From Octopus vulgaris (taxonomy: Eukaryota), in assembly GCA_951406725.2 (NCBI GenBank), contig OX597835.1:40796001-40860000 (forward strand): a stretch of 64,000 nucleotides of DNA, read 5' to 3'. The translations under genes and the position numbers were made by a program. Below, in pieces: positions 26,047 through 39,503 of the stretch. Within the stretch, counting starts at the first letter, position 1. Each line of letters opens with the position of its first letter. The notes below the pieces were generated by a model. That model did not search any database. It saw only the letters and a program-made list of their open reading frames with translations, and was not told where the DNA came from.

Positions 26047-26211
26047 ACATACATTTATATATACATACATACATAGATACATAAATACATACATACATAC
26101 ATACATACATACATGTATACATGTATGTACATATGTAATGAATGTATGCAATGCATGTATGTATGTATTTATGAATGCATATATGTATGTATGCATGCAC
26201 GTGTGTACGTG

Positions 26212-26269
<58 letters not shown>

Positions 26270-26393
26270 AGCATATATACATGCATATATACATATGTAT
26301 ATATATATATATATATATACATACATATATATATATGCATAATGCATTTATATATACATATATATATGCATATATACATACATATATGTACAT

Positions 26394-26441
<48 letters not shown>

Positions 26442-26668
26442 ATGCATATATACATACATATATGTACATACCTACATATATATGTATATACATATGCATA
26501 TATGGGTGTACATGCGTACATACATATACACACATGTATACATACATAAATGCATGCATACGTACATACATACATACACACATACATATATACATACATA
26601 CATACATACATACATACATACATACATACATACATACATACATACATACATACATACATACATACACA
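26047..26668. repeat. Compound (TACA)n/(TA)n/(TG)n microsatellite block
   Basis: Seen directly. Confidence 0.95.
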
Positions 26669-26906
26669 CCAAAACATTCGCAATTACAGAAACGCACATG
26701 CAAGTACAACCACACCCACACCCAGCGGGCGGGCGGGTGGGGCCACGCGGTCGTTGATTGGACGGTTGCTGACACACCCGACTCTCAAAGTAAAGAGAAA
26801 CCTAAAGCATCTGTGATATTTCGAGATGTAAATATGTACAAGCAGCAGAGGTAACAACAACAGTAGTAGTAGTAGTAGTGGTGGTAGTAGCAGTAGTAGT
26901 AGTTAC

Positions 26907-26937
<31 letters not shown>

Positions 26938-27102
26938 CCACCACCAACGGCGGCGGTGGAGTTGGTGGCTGCGGAGATCGTCGGCAAGCCAATTGGAGAT
27001 CGATGATGACGATGATGATGATGGCAATTATCGATGTTTATAAACGTTGGGTCAAGTTAAGTTAATGGGGGGGGGCGTTAGTTTGGCTGATTATTTATTT
27101 AT

Positions 27103-27517
27103 TTTCTCTTTTACTTGTGTCAGTCATGTGACTGTGGCCATGCTGGAGCACCGCCTTTTTAGTCGAGCTAATCGACCCTCCCCCCCCAGGACTTATTATT
27201 CTTTGTAAGCCTAGTGTACTAATTCTTTCGGTCTCTTTTTGCTGAACCGCTAAGTTACGGGGACGTAAACACACCAGCATCGGTTGTCAAGCGAAGTTGG
27301 GGGGGGGGGGTACAAACACAGACACAAACACACACACACACATATATGTATATAAGGGCCGAAGGGCTTCTTTTCAGTTTCCGTCTACCAAATCCACTCA
27401 CAAGGCTTTGGTCGGCCTGAAGCTGTAGTAGAAGACACTTGCCCAAGGTGCCACGCAATGGGACTGAACCTGAAACCATGTGGTTCGTAAGCAAGCTACT
27501 TACCACACAGCCACTCC
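27103..27517 (-). mobile_element. SINE family A, full length
   Basis: Family similarity. Confidence 0.85.
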
Positions 27518-28695
27518 TACGATTGATGATGATGATAACGATGATAGCCGTGGTGGTGATGATGAAGATGATGATGATGGTGAGGGTGATGATGTCGATG
27601 ACTATATATATATATAGTTCAAACCACGACCATCTTGTCTTTTTCTTCAGAGATACTCATCCTATTTATTGTGTTACTCAAAACTTCACGATCCAACTTG
27701 TTCTTCTCTAAACCGTTGGAATGTGAGCTGAAGGGGGTTTGACTGCTGTTTTTAGAAGTTTGGGCGACCACGTAGTAGTTCTTTCATTTGTTCGTCCTGA
27801 TGGTATTATTGATGTTGGTGATGATGATGATGATGCTGACGTCGATGTTAATTACGTCAAAAGAAGTGAATGGTTAAAGTGTGCTCTGAGGGAGAATTAG
27901 CTGCTATTTTTAGCCGAAAGTCTGAATGTTTGGAGTGTGTATGTCGGTGGTGAGGATGCAGTTACTAAAGTACTCCTAGTTTAGTGGAAAGAATGAGGGA
28001 GCATGGTTTATAGAGGTGAGTCTTGTTAAAGTTATAATGTAAGAGAAAGAGAGAAAGAAAGGGAGTGAGTGAGTGAAGGCCAAGAGCCTGAATGGAGGCA
28101 GCTGTTTGCGTGTATGTGTGTGTGTGTGTGTGTGTCCCACTCATCAAGTTATGTCGGTCCGTCAGTGCGGAGAGATACTCTTTGAGAGAATGTCTATCGA
28201 CCTACATCCTATGGCGAGCACTTGCAACGTGAGACAGAGAACACGTGTAAAGGTCTGCGGTAAACAAACATCCCAGCGCTTTAAGCCTCCCCACATCCCG
28301 CTTTAGTTTATAATAGGAAAATACGCAAACGAACGGGACCTTGGCAATAAGGCTAGCCCGAGATATTTCGTCACTGAGAGTGCACAACGACTCAAGAGAT
28401 AAACGGGGCTATGACTATGATAACATCTTGCTTTCGCTTCAGACATTTGACTGCGGCCATGCTGGAGCACCGACTTGAAGGGTTTTTATTCGAACAAATC
28501 GACCTCGAGACTTATTCTCTTAAAACCTAGTACTTATTCTATCGGTCCTTTTTTAACGAACCACCAACCACTAAGCTACAAGGACATAAACACACCAACA
28601 ACGGTTGGGTAGACCACTACTAGACACCGGGACACTCATGCTATAAATCAATGTGGTAGTTCATATAGTGAACTAGAATATATATGTGTGTGTAG

Positions 28696-28750
<55 letters not shown>

Positions 28751-28915
28751 CATACATACATACACACACACACACATACATACATATATGAAATAAAGGA
28801 TAAAATCGTTAAAAATTTTAGCAGTGGCCAGCATATAAAATAGACCTATTAAGATGAATTTATATAGAGATCTATAATAGTATAAAATACAATTTATATA
28901 TATATATATATATAT

Positions 28916-29095
28916 TCTTTTATTTGATTCAGTCATTTGACTGTGGCCATGCTGGAACACCGCCTTTAGTCGAACAAATCGACCCCAGGTCTTATTCTTT
29001 GTAAACCTAGTACTTATCCTATCTGTCTCTTTCGCCGAACCGCTAAGTTGCGGGGACGTAAACACACCAACATCGGTTGTCAAGCGATGGTAGGG

Positions 29096-29136
<41 letters not shown>

Positions 29137-29226
29137 CCACGGGTTTCTTTCAGTTTCCGTCTATCAAATCTACTCACAATGCTTTGCTCGGCCCGAGGCT
29201 ATAATAGAAGACACTTGCCCAAGGTG
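28916..29226 (-). mobile_element. SINE family A, head truncated
   Basis: Family similarity. Confidence 0.8.
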
Positions 29227-30029
29227 GTTAGAAATTTTTAAAAAAAACGCATAATATTCAACAAAATCAGATGACTTGAGCAAAAGAAAATATGGCGCGA
29301 AACGGTCGGCTTTGGTAGGCAAAGCAAGGCTGGACTTCAGATATATCACATGGAGATAAACACTTGGACGCAGGATTGGTCGAACGGTCAAAAAAATATT
29401 CGTTTCGCAATCTGAGTAATCGGGTTCGATGCTAGTGCATGGCATCTTTGACACCTGTCTGTAGGCCCGGGTTGGTGCAAGCCTTGTGAGTGAAATGGGT
29501 TGGTCGGAAACTGTTGGAGCCCGTAGAGTAGTCTGTGGAATATTCAGCGGGGTACACAAGTGTGTGTGTGTGTGTGTGAGTTTCATCCTTGTTTATGTGT
29601 ACGTGTGTATATGCAATATGTATATGTGATAGTGTTTATGTATTCAGCTCAGGAACCTCAAATATAGTCCGGAAAATGTTTGACAAAGCGTTTGTATTTG
29701 GAGAAAGTGAATCAGTTTGCTCTATTCTTGTTTGAAGAAACCAAGCATTTCTAGGCTTTTATGTAGCCCAATGCTACTGGGCTACAAATGAAAATCTATA
29801 GCCTGGATTTAAGAGCTGAAGGTTTTTCATTAGTTCTCCACAGATATTCTTTCCTCAACTTTTAACGAAACACTTCTACTGGACAGATGATCTCTACAAC
29901 AGGACCTGACTTTTGTTCTCTGTCCCAAACACTAACATCTGATCTATTGTACTTATACCGGGTTGCCGTTTTTATTGGAATGTTCCACTAAAAATGCTTC
30001 ATTTAAAAAGGTGGGTACATTCTATTTCT

Positions 30030-30340
30030 GGTGTTCCTTAGGTATGGTCGTTATAATCCATGAATAAAGAACAGGGTTAAACACCTTATAGTCAAGCCAT
30101 ACAGTCAGCAGGTTTCAGTAATGTTGTTTCGCTTCCTTAAGGAGAGCTTTGTTGACGAAGAGCTGTTCGGCACAGCTCCAAACGTCTTTCTTTCCTCCTG
30201 CCTGCTTTTTAGTCACCACACTGGGTGTTTGACAGTGATTCCGAAGGAACACATCCAAGCAATTCGTGTATAGCTACATATCACATTGAAGTATGCTATA
30301 GGTCTGTAGTTTTTCACCAAGTCTCCTGGTTTTTTAACCA
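30030..30340 (-). mobile_element. Degenerate R4/Dong-like reverse transcriptase fragment
   Basis: Manual translation: KNYRPIAYFN...QAGGKKDVWSCAEQLFVNKALLKEAK...NLLTVWLDYK.F..V.YSWI, with frameshifts and stops. Confidence 0.7.
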
Positions 30341-30387
30341 CAAACGCTGTTTATGCAACCTCTAGCCAACTCGTGCCTTACAAAGCC

Positions 30388-30624
30388 AGGGACATATTCA
30401 TACGGCACAGAATGTTTTGTTTACCTCAATAGACGTCATTGATTGGTTGAAATTGCAGAAATTGAAGAAAAAACCCAACAAATATCTTACAACCTATAGA
30501 ATTTTCTCAATAAAGCCAAGAGAAAAAGATGCTTTATAAACACATTCTACCAGTATACAAAGTTTAAAATCTTTTAGTTACCTAGAAATTATGTTACAAA
30601 CTGCCGTTCAAACCGAAAATATCC
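30388..30624 (+). mobile_element. Partial GGATC-TIR MITE (right half)
   Basis: Matches 32335-32569. Confidence 0.8.
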
Positions 30625-32152
30625 TGTTTTCAGGATATCTGCGTTCGTTGGTGTTTCGAACAGATTAAGAGGGCTGGCTCTGTAAGACACAAGTTTTCTA
30701 TACCAATAACTGTCTATCAGGTCGCTTCCAGGTAATTTTCCGTTCAAGTTTTGCAACAAATGTCATGCGTTTCGCTATTCGTGTAAATTTTGGGCAAGAC
30801 CTTTACACAGCACTCACTTCATAGCTCATTTGGCTTGAGGTTCCATCCCTCCCTAAAATTACTCTGGATCATTCCGGGAAGGAGTTTCACGACCTACCGT
30901 ATATCTCCTGATGGCCTTACACTGTACGAAAGCGCGCGCGATGAGAGAGAGAGACAGAGAGAGACAGACAGACAGAAAGAGAGAGAGAGAGAGAGTGTGT
31001 GTGTGTGTGTGTGGGAGAGAGTGTGTGTGTGTGTGTGGGGGAGACAGTGTGTGTGTGTGTGTGTGTGTGTAATGAATGGCAGAAATTCCGTGTTAGTGTC
31101 CGATGAGCTGTAAACCACTAGTGAAGTAGCTGTTAGCTTTCGTTAAAGCATTTCCTGTGAAGGTTCCTTTCGATATAAAAATGGTCTCTCAGTAATCTTC
31201 AACGTTAGCTGAAGATTACTGATACTCCAAGACCCTGGCCTTTATTGATACCAGCTATTTTACCTCACCTTGACTTTGGGCGATGCCAATGAAGTAGAGA
31301 CGTCTACGAAGTGTTGAAACCCTAGTAAACCTAAAACCTTCTTGGATATAGTCATAATATTTTTTAAAAAGATTTTTTCTAAAATTAAAAATTATTAATT
31401 ATATTTAAAAAATCTTCAACTAAAGAAAAAGCATATTAAACAACATCCATCAAGTCCAAGTTAAACCGCTTTTTTTAATGAGTTTTTATATAATTAATTT
31501 TTAATTCAAGAAACATTTTTCACACAAACACACACACACATTTCGCTTTCAGCAGTGAAACTCGAAGTAGATAAAGCTATAGATAACAGCGTGTGCATGT
31601 CAGACTTTTTTTAAAAAACCCTTCGTATAAAAAAAATTGAAGGCTTTCCATGGAACTCGAACCTACATCTATAAACAAAAATACACACACACACACAAAC
31701 AAACAAACAAAAACATACACACGCTTCATATATAGGAAAGGTGTGGGTAGGAATCCTATACGGTATTATGGTATTTCCGACGTAAATTATAGACTCAAGA
31801 GATGTTAAATGGTACCACAAACAGGCTGACAAGAAAGCTAGGCTTCGTATATGGCAGATGCACAGGAGCAGTTAACCGTAACAAACCACAAAATACATTC
31901 CTTTGAAAGCTCGGAGGGTCCCGAGAAATAGTTCAATGCTTTTACTATCTAGGTGACCTAATTAATAATTGAGGTGGGTGTTCCGAATGTATAGCTGCTA
32001 GAATAAGGGCGGGATAGAAAGTTTCAGAGGGCTATTTTTCGGCAAATTTTTACCGGTAACTATTTTTTCTTTGTTGACTACGAAAAGCTTGTTTTATTTA
32101 TTTAGTACCACCACCACCACCACCACAAGAGGGAAAGATTAGATTGTTTGGT

Positions 32153-32569
32153 GGATCTTTTCGGTTTGAACGGCAGTTTTTTCTAGCGGTGTCATATGAA
32201 ATTGTCACCCATAATTATGACCCTAGTATCGATTTATTGCATTTCAATCTATTTTAGGGTTAGGATTAGGGTGGGGGAAGGGTATCTTTTTTTCTTCACA
32301 AATGTAAATAAACCCAATCTGTTTCTTAAACGAGGGACATATTCATACGGCACAGAATGTTGTTTACCTCAATGGACGTCATTGATTGGTTGAAATTGCA
32401 GAAATTGAAGAAAAAAATAACAACAAATATCTTAGAAACCATAGAATTTTCTCAATAAAGCCAAGAGAAAAAGATGTTTTATAAACACATTCTACCAGTA
32501 TACGAAGTTTACAAACTTTTAGTTACCTAGAAATTATGTTAAAAACTGCCGTTCAAACCGAAAAGATCC
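32153..32569 (+). mobile_element. MITE with ~28-bp TIR GGATCTTTTCGGTTTGAACGGCAGTTTT and 8-bp TSD
   Basis: Perfect TIRs; TGTTTGGT duplicated at 32145-32152 and 32570-32577; internal TTAGGG units. Confidence 0.9.
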
Positions 32570-32739
32570 TGTTTGGTTCTTGTGTACGAAGTGCAATGCT
32601 GCATGGAAGCCCCAATGTATTTACCTTTGCTAGTTAGCATGCTGTTTGCGCTCGTAATTGCCCTAGAAATAATGAACGTAAACTGCGACAGAAACTGCAA
32701 GTGACAACAGTGACATCCCATAATTTCATGTAACCAATC

Positions 32740-33120
32740 TAACTGCTCAAAGCTCAGCTACGTTAGACCGGCCACGTCATCAGAATAAGCGGCCACTGCA
32801 TCCCCAGACAGCTGATGTACGGTGTGCTGAAGGAAGGTTAATGGCAACAAGTAAAACCCAAGTTAGCTGTATAAGGACATCCGAAAGGGAAACCTAAAGT
32901 GGTGTGGCACCCAACATTGCAAACTCGAGACTGCAGCCACAAACAGGGCTACCTGAAGGTCAATCACCTATACCGCTGTAGCTACCTTTGAGGAGGATAG
33001 AGCAACGTCTCGCAGCCGTAAGAGACAGGCATCACTGAGCAGTAGCATCCCTAGTTCTGATCACAGACTGCCAGTGTCCAACCTGCGGGCGCCTGTGGGC
33101 TTTAGGCTGCAGATAGGATT
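32740..33120 (+). mobile_element. Degenerate RTE/BovB-like LINE C-terminal fragment
   Basis: LLKAQLR*TGHVIRI...IPRQLMYGVL...YKD..K.NLK...CPTCGR by manual translation. Confidence 0.75.
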
Positions 33121-33310
33121 TACTGTGTGACCTGTAGGAGTAGGCAGGGCCGTCTCAACAGCACTATGAGCTCTGCTAGCTCCGAGGAGTAAAGGCCCTT
33201 ATAGATGGCTTGTCTGATGATGAGTTTATGGGATAGAAAAATAACATAGACGTTCGAGTGAGAGAGAGATGAGATTAGAGAAAGATGTGGTAAGAGAGAG
33301 AGAGAGCGTA

Positions 33311-33468
33311 GGAGTGGCTGTGTGGTAAGTAGCTTGTTTACCAACCACATGGTTCCGGGTTCAGTCCCACTGCGTGGCACCTTGGCCAAGTGTCTTCTAC
33401 TATATAGCCTCGGGCCGACCAGAGCCTTGTGAGTGGATTTGGTAGACGGAAACTGAAAGAAGCCCGTC

Positions 33469-33524
<56 letters not shown>

Positions 33525-33730
33525 GTGTGTGTGTTTGTCCCCCTAGCATTGCTTGATAACCGATGCTGGTGTGTTTATGTGCCCGTTACTTAGCGGTTCG
33601 GCAAAAGAGACCGATAGAATAAGTACTGGGCTTACAAAAGAATAAGTCCCGGGGTCGAGTTGCTCGATTAAAGGCGGTGCTCCAGCATGGCCGCAGTCAA
33701 ATGACTGAAACAAGTAAAAGAGTAAAAGAG
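33311..33730 (+). mobile_element. SINE family A, full length
   Basis: Family similarity, long central (TA)n. Confidence 0.85.
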
Positions 33731-34711
33731 AGAGAGAGAGAAATGATAAGAAAGATAGAGATGAGACTAGAGAGAGAGAGAGAGTAAGAGAGAGAGAGAG
33801 AGAGAGGTGAGAGCTAGTCGACGAGGTAGTCCAACTCATAAAAAAAAACTAAATCTAAACAGAAAAGTCCGATAAACATGTAAACAAACCAAATCACAAC
33901 AGCTACTCTCCAACACCTTACACTAACACACACACACACACACACACCGAACACATCCACACACACATCAAACACACACCCCACACACACAACCTTCAAG
34001 TAGCTTGACTTTTCTGCAAATAAAAATCCAAAACAATAATAATAGATAATGTAAACAAGTTCTCGCAGCCGTCGTCATCGTTTATAAAAATAACAGCCTC
34101 GGGACGACCTACACGAGCGAACCTCTACTCAGCTCTGTGACCTGCTAGAAATAACAGCTAAATTTCCCCACCTCGACTCACATACCCCGCTACAAACACA
34201 GGATAGGCAACCTTTTTTGCAGACGCGGGTGGCATGAAACATGGTTCATCATCAGTAATTTTTCGTTAGGTATACCATTTTCGGGGTCGATAAATAAAGT
34301 ACCAGTTTCGCACTGAGGACGATGTAATCGACTTAATCCCTTTGTCTGTCCTTGTTTGTCACCCTCTATGTTTAGCCCCTTGTGGTCAGTAAAGAAATAT
34401 ATACCATTCAGAAGGTCCTACGGGCCGCCGATTGAACCATGACTGGTAGAAGTCCACCATCTGACAAAAGTGGGGGAAAACCACATTTAAACAAAGCAAT
34501 CGTAGGATAATATTAACAAACAGGCGGGTGCTCCAGCATGGCCATAGTCAAATGACTGAAACAAGTAAAAGAATAAAAAAAAAGAAAAACATGATGACCA
34601 TTCATGGTCTTGGAATGGTCTGGAATGATCTGGAATGTATAGATTTGAAGGATGAGGATTGACCTAGGGTTAAACAGTTAATAACACCAACAACCTTGAT
34701 CTCCTTTTAAA

Positions 34712-34927
34712 CTCTCTATCTCTCTCTGTCTCCTCTCTATACTTCTCTATCTCTCTCTGTCTCCTCTCTATCTCTCTCTGTCTCTTCTCTATACTTCTCT
34801 ATCTCTCTCTGTCTTCTCTATCTCTCTCTGTCTCCTCTCTATACTTCTCTATCTCTCTCTGTCTCCTCTCTATACTTCTCTATCTCTCTCTGTCTCCTCT
34901 CTATACTTTCTCTATCTCTCTCTCTCT
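34712..34927. repeat. CT-rich minisatellite (~31-bp unit TCTCTATCTCTCTCTGTCTCCTCTCTATACT)
   Basis: Seen directly. Confidence 0.85.
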
Positions 34928-36565
34928 GTGTTTATTCTGGCTGAAATTATGTTTTTTCCTTTTATTTTGATTCTTTCATCTCTTACAAATATTCTCTTTT
35001 TTCTCCTCCCCTTCTTTCATTTTCATTTGTTTTTTTTTCTTTCCTGTAATCTCTATTTCTCTTGCTCTCTCTCTCTCTCTCACTCTCTCTTTCAAATTCT
35101 CTGTTTTCCTTCTTCTCTCTCTTTCTTCCCCTCTCTCATTTGTTTCTTTTCCTCTCAGTATCTGTTCCTTTCTTTTGTTCTTTTCTCTCTCTCTCTCTCA
35201 CACACACATACATACTAACTCTCACAAAACACACACTCACACGCATATTGCATATTCCCGCCTCTCTCTCTTTCTCTCACACACACATACACACCTTTTC
35301 TCACTCTCTCTCTGTCTTACACACACGCACATTCCCGCCTCTCTCTTTCTCTCTCACACATACACAAACATTCCCGCCTCTCTCACACACATACACATTC
35401 GATGTGTCTCACACATGCATACACATTTTCTCTCTCTTTCACACACACACTCCTACTCTCTTACGCGTACACATATACACATTCTCTTTCTCCTTCTCTC
35501 TCTCTCTTTCTCACACACACACTATCTCTCTATCTTTCTCTTTCTTGTTTTATCTCATACATTCTCTAGTTCTTTATTTTCTTTTCTTTTCTTTCCTTTC
35601 CAAAGGATGCACAACGTGAGAAGAATACAATGAAAAAAAAAACTCGATGGTGGGGCGAAGATTTTACGGTGAAGGGCGCTGCTGAACAAGATAAAAAAAC
35701 TCATAATTACAAAAGCAACAATAACTTCAATAACAAGAGAATATACAGGAATAGAAACGTTCTGAGGCGAGAGGGGAAGGGCGGTAAGGAAGGTAACAGG
35801 TTCGAATCGTTGCTAAAGAATTACTTCTAAGTGAGAAATATGTTCTGTCTTCTTCGTGCAGCCAATGATTCCACCGTTTTAGTCTACTGCGCAAAATCTC
35901 CTTATAAAGAGATGTTGGCAGGTTTAATGGCCGATGGGAGGGAGAGAGATGTGAGTCGGCTTTACAAGATTCGATCTTGTAAGCATTTAGAAGTTAAGGG
36001 GGGGATGATAATAAATAAAACCAATTTAATGCCATCGAGTCAAGTGATGTTTTTTTTATCTTATCTTTTACGTGTTTCAGGCATTGGACTGTGGCCATTC
36101 TGGGGCACCGCCTTGAAGGGTTACAAGCGAACGAATCGACCGCAGTACTTATTCATTTTATTTTGAAGCCTGGAACTTTATTCTATCAGACTCTTTTACC
36201 GAGCCGCTAAGTTACTAGGACGTAAACAAACCAACAACGGTTGAGAAGCGGTGATAGAGAACAAAGCGAAACGTGTGTGTGTGTGTATGTATATATATAT
36301 ATATATAGAGAGAGAGAGGGGGGAGATGTAAATAATGAAGGTGCATGGCTCAGTGGTTAGAGTGTTGGGCTCGTAATCATGAGGTAGTGAGTTCGATTCC
36401 CAGACCGGTCTGTGTGTTGTGTTCTTGGACAAGACACTTTATTTCACATTGTAGAAATCTTTTACATCAGTGAGTGGCATGGAGAAGGGAGGCTGGTCTG
36501 TATGGGCAATTACTGGTCTTCCATAAACAACTTTGCCTGGACTTGTGTCTTTGAGGCGAACTTTT

Positions 36566-36970
36566 GGATCTTTTCGGTTTGAACGGCAGTTTTTTCTAGC
36601 AGTGTCATATGAAATTGTCACCCAAAATTATGACCCTAGTATCAATCTATTGCATTTCAATCTGTTTTAGGGTTAGGGGAAAGGGTATCTTTTTTCTTCA
36701 CAAATGTAAATAAACCCAATCTGTTTCTTAAACGAGGGACATATTCATATAGCACAGAATGTTTTTTTACCTCAATAGACGTCATTGATTGGTTGAAATT
36801 GCAGAAATTGAAGGAAAAAAACAACAAATATCTTACAAACTATAGAATTTTCTCAATAAAGCCAAGAGAAAAAGATGTTTTATAAACACATTCTACCAGT
36901 ATACAAAGTTTAAAAGTGTTTAGTTAACTAGAAATTATGTTAAAAATTGCTGGTCAAACTGAAAAGATCC
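36566..36970 (+). mobile_element. GGATC-TIR MITE, full length, nested in a SINE
   Basis: Both TIRs present; flanks GAACTTTT/GTACTTTC match at 6 of 8 positions. Confidence 0.85.
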
Positions 36971-38014
36971 GTACTTTCTAGCTATAATTCCATGGTTATG
37001 CATGACTGAAGAGGGTTTCCCTTTTTTTTTACCCTTATGTGCAAAACAATCTTTAGGGGTTAATATACAAGCGCATGGAACAATACAAAAATGAATCCCT
37101 CCACATTGAAACAGAAGATACAACAGTGGAAAAAAAAAATACACAAACACGCAGGTATTGTTGTTATGGTGAAGAAACTCACTTTGCAACAGTATGGTTT
37201 CAGGTTCAGTCCCATTGTGTGACACCTTGGGCAAGTGTCATCCACTATAGCACCCAACTGACCAATACATTGTGAGTGAATTTGGTTGTTGGAAACTATG
37301 TGTGTATGTATGTATACAAGTGGATGTAAGAATGTGTTTGTGTATGTATATGTGTGCGTGTATTTGTGAATGTATATATGTGTGTGTGTGTAGGCATGTA
37401 TATGTATGTATGGCACCATGGGATTGCACCTAGAAAATTACCCTCCATGGCACAAGTCCGGGCAAGGTTGTTTATGGAAGACCAGCAGTTGTCCATGCAT
37501 ACCAGCCTCTCCTTTTCCACACTACAGAGGTTATCCAAGGAAAAAGCAAAGGTCGATACAGCTTCGCACAAATAAAGTCACAACTCATTTTCTACAGCTG
37601 AGTGAACTGGAGCAGTGTGAAATAAAGTATCTTGCTCTAGAACACAACACACAGCCTGGGAAACGAATTCACTACCTCGTGATTGTGAACCCAATGCTCT
37701 AACCATTAAGCCATAAAATTCCCTTATTTAAGGCTTCTTTATCATCATCATCATTTAATGTTTAAAGAGCAGTAATAAGAACTTAGTATGACAAAAGAAT
37801 AAGAAAAAATGTTATGGACTTCATTTGCATACAGCTGTTTCAACTATGAGGTGAAATGCACTCATAATTGAATACTTGTGTATTAATTACCCTACATCTT
37901 CCTTTGTCATTTTAATTTCTTATGCAGGCCGTAGTTGACTTACGACCCATGCAACTTATGTGTGATCGACTTTATGACGATTGGTGCACCTGCACCCGGT
38001 AGTAATAATAAACA

Positions 38015-38760
38015 GTTCAGTTGAAATCTAATGGGGTCAATTTCTTAGAAATTAACCTATCTACAGATGATGTCAGCTAACAAATGTTTCCCCTACGTTC
38101 AGTTGAAATCTAATGGGGTCAATTTCTTAGAAATTAACCTATCTACAGATGATGTCAGCTAACAAATGTTTCCCCTACGTTCAGTTGAAATCTAATGGGG
38201 TCAATTTCTTAGAAATTAACCTATCTACAGATGATGTCAGCTAACAAATGTTTCCCCTACGTTCAGTTGAAATCTAATGGGGTCAATTTCTTAGAAATTA
38301 ACCTATCTACAGATGATGTCAGCTAACAAATGTTTCCCCTACGTTCAGTTGAAATCTAATGGGGTCAATTTCTTAGAAATTAACCTATCTACAGATGATG
38401 TCAGCTAACAAATGTTTCCCCTACGTTCAGTTGAAATCTAATGGGGTCAATTTCTTAGAAATTAACCTATCTACAGATGATGTCAGCTAACAAATGTTTC
38501 CCCTACGTTCAGTTGAAATCTAATGGGGTCAATTTCTTAGAAATTAACCTATCTACAGATGATGTCAGCTAACAAATGTTTCCCCTACGTTCAGTTGAAA
38601 TCTAATGGGGTCAATTTCTTAGAAATTAACCTATCTACAGATGATGTCAGCTAACAAATGTTTCCCCTACGTTCAGTTGAAATCTAATGGGGTTAATTTC
38701 TTAGAAATTAACCTGTCTACAGATGATGTCAGCTAATAAACGCTTCTCCTAGGTTCGGTT
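38015..38760. repeat. 82-bp tandem repeat, 9 copies
   Basis: Unit GTTCAGTTGAAATCTAATGGGGTCAATTTCTTAGAAATTAACC...CCCCTAC; the first eight copies look identical, the last is diverged. Confidence 0.95.
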
Positions 38761-39503
38761 ATTGATCATCACTGTTGTTATCCTGAGTGTTAGATGAATA
38801 TCCTGTTGCAGATTTTTTACAAAAATTTCCCAGCAGTTTTCCGGTTTTCTTGTCTAGAAATCCTTGCAATGACCAATAACACCAACACCCATCAGCCACC
38901 TGAATGTTGGCAGGATCTAAAAATCTAACATCTGTGGGGTTTTTTGGGGTTTTTTTTTTTCCAGCAGTAACTTGAAACAAAATCTTTACACACAGTTAAA
39001 ATTGGATGAGGAAGTGTGTTAAAAAAAAAAAAGTTATTAATAAATTCTATCTACTATAGGTACAAGGCCTGAAAATTCATGGGGAGTGGGGGTTAGTCAA
39101 TTACATCAAGCTCAATGTTCAACCAGCACTTATTTGATCAACCTGAAACGATGAAAGGCAAAGTCAACCTTGGAGGACCTTCAACTCAGAATGTAATGAT
39201 GGATGAAACGCTGCTAAGCCCCTTGTCTAGTGTGTGCCACTGATTCTACCAGCTCACTGCCTTAACCCTTTCATTACCAACCCAGCCAAAACCACCTCTG
39301 GCTCTGTAGTCTTGTTTCCATAAGTTTTGAATTAAAATCTTCCACCAAACCTTAGTCACAATTTATGTTCCTAACACTAACTTAATGATAACTAAGTTAT
39401 TTTACTAATAAAATAGTTTGAACACTGGGGCCAATTTAATTGACTGACCCTCATCCCCAAAATTTCTAGCCTTGTGCCTATAGTAGTAAAATTTTTATTT
39501 TTA

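Noticed and set aside
25964-26854. Overlapping Tyr/Ile/Cys/Met-rich ORFs
   Set aside because: Microsatellite translations.
30890-30945. Minus-strand donor ACG|gtaggt in a CpG-rich patch as a third first exon
   Set aside because: No upstream in-frame ATG nearby (GCCATC rather than GCCATG) and no other support.
37820-37880. GAAACAGCTGTA plus hairpin on the minus strand as a hammerhead
   Set aside because: The CTGANGA core is missing.
38015-38760. 82-bp array as a CRISPR array
   Set aside because: Contiguous identical units with no spacers.
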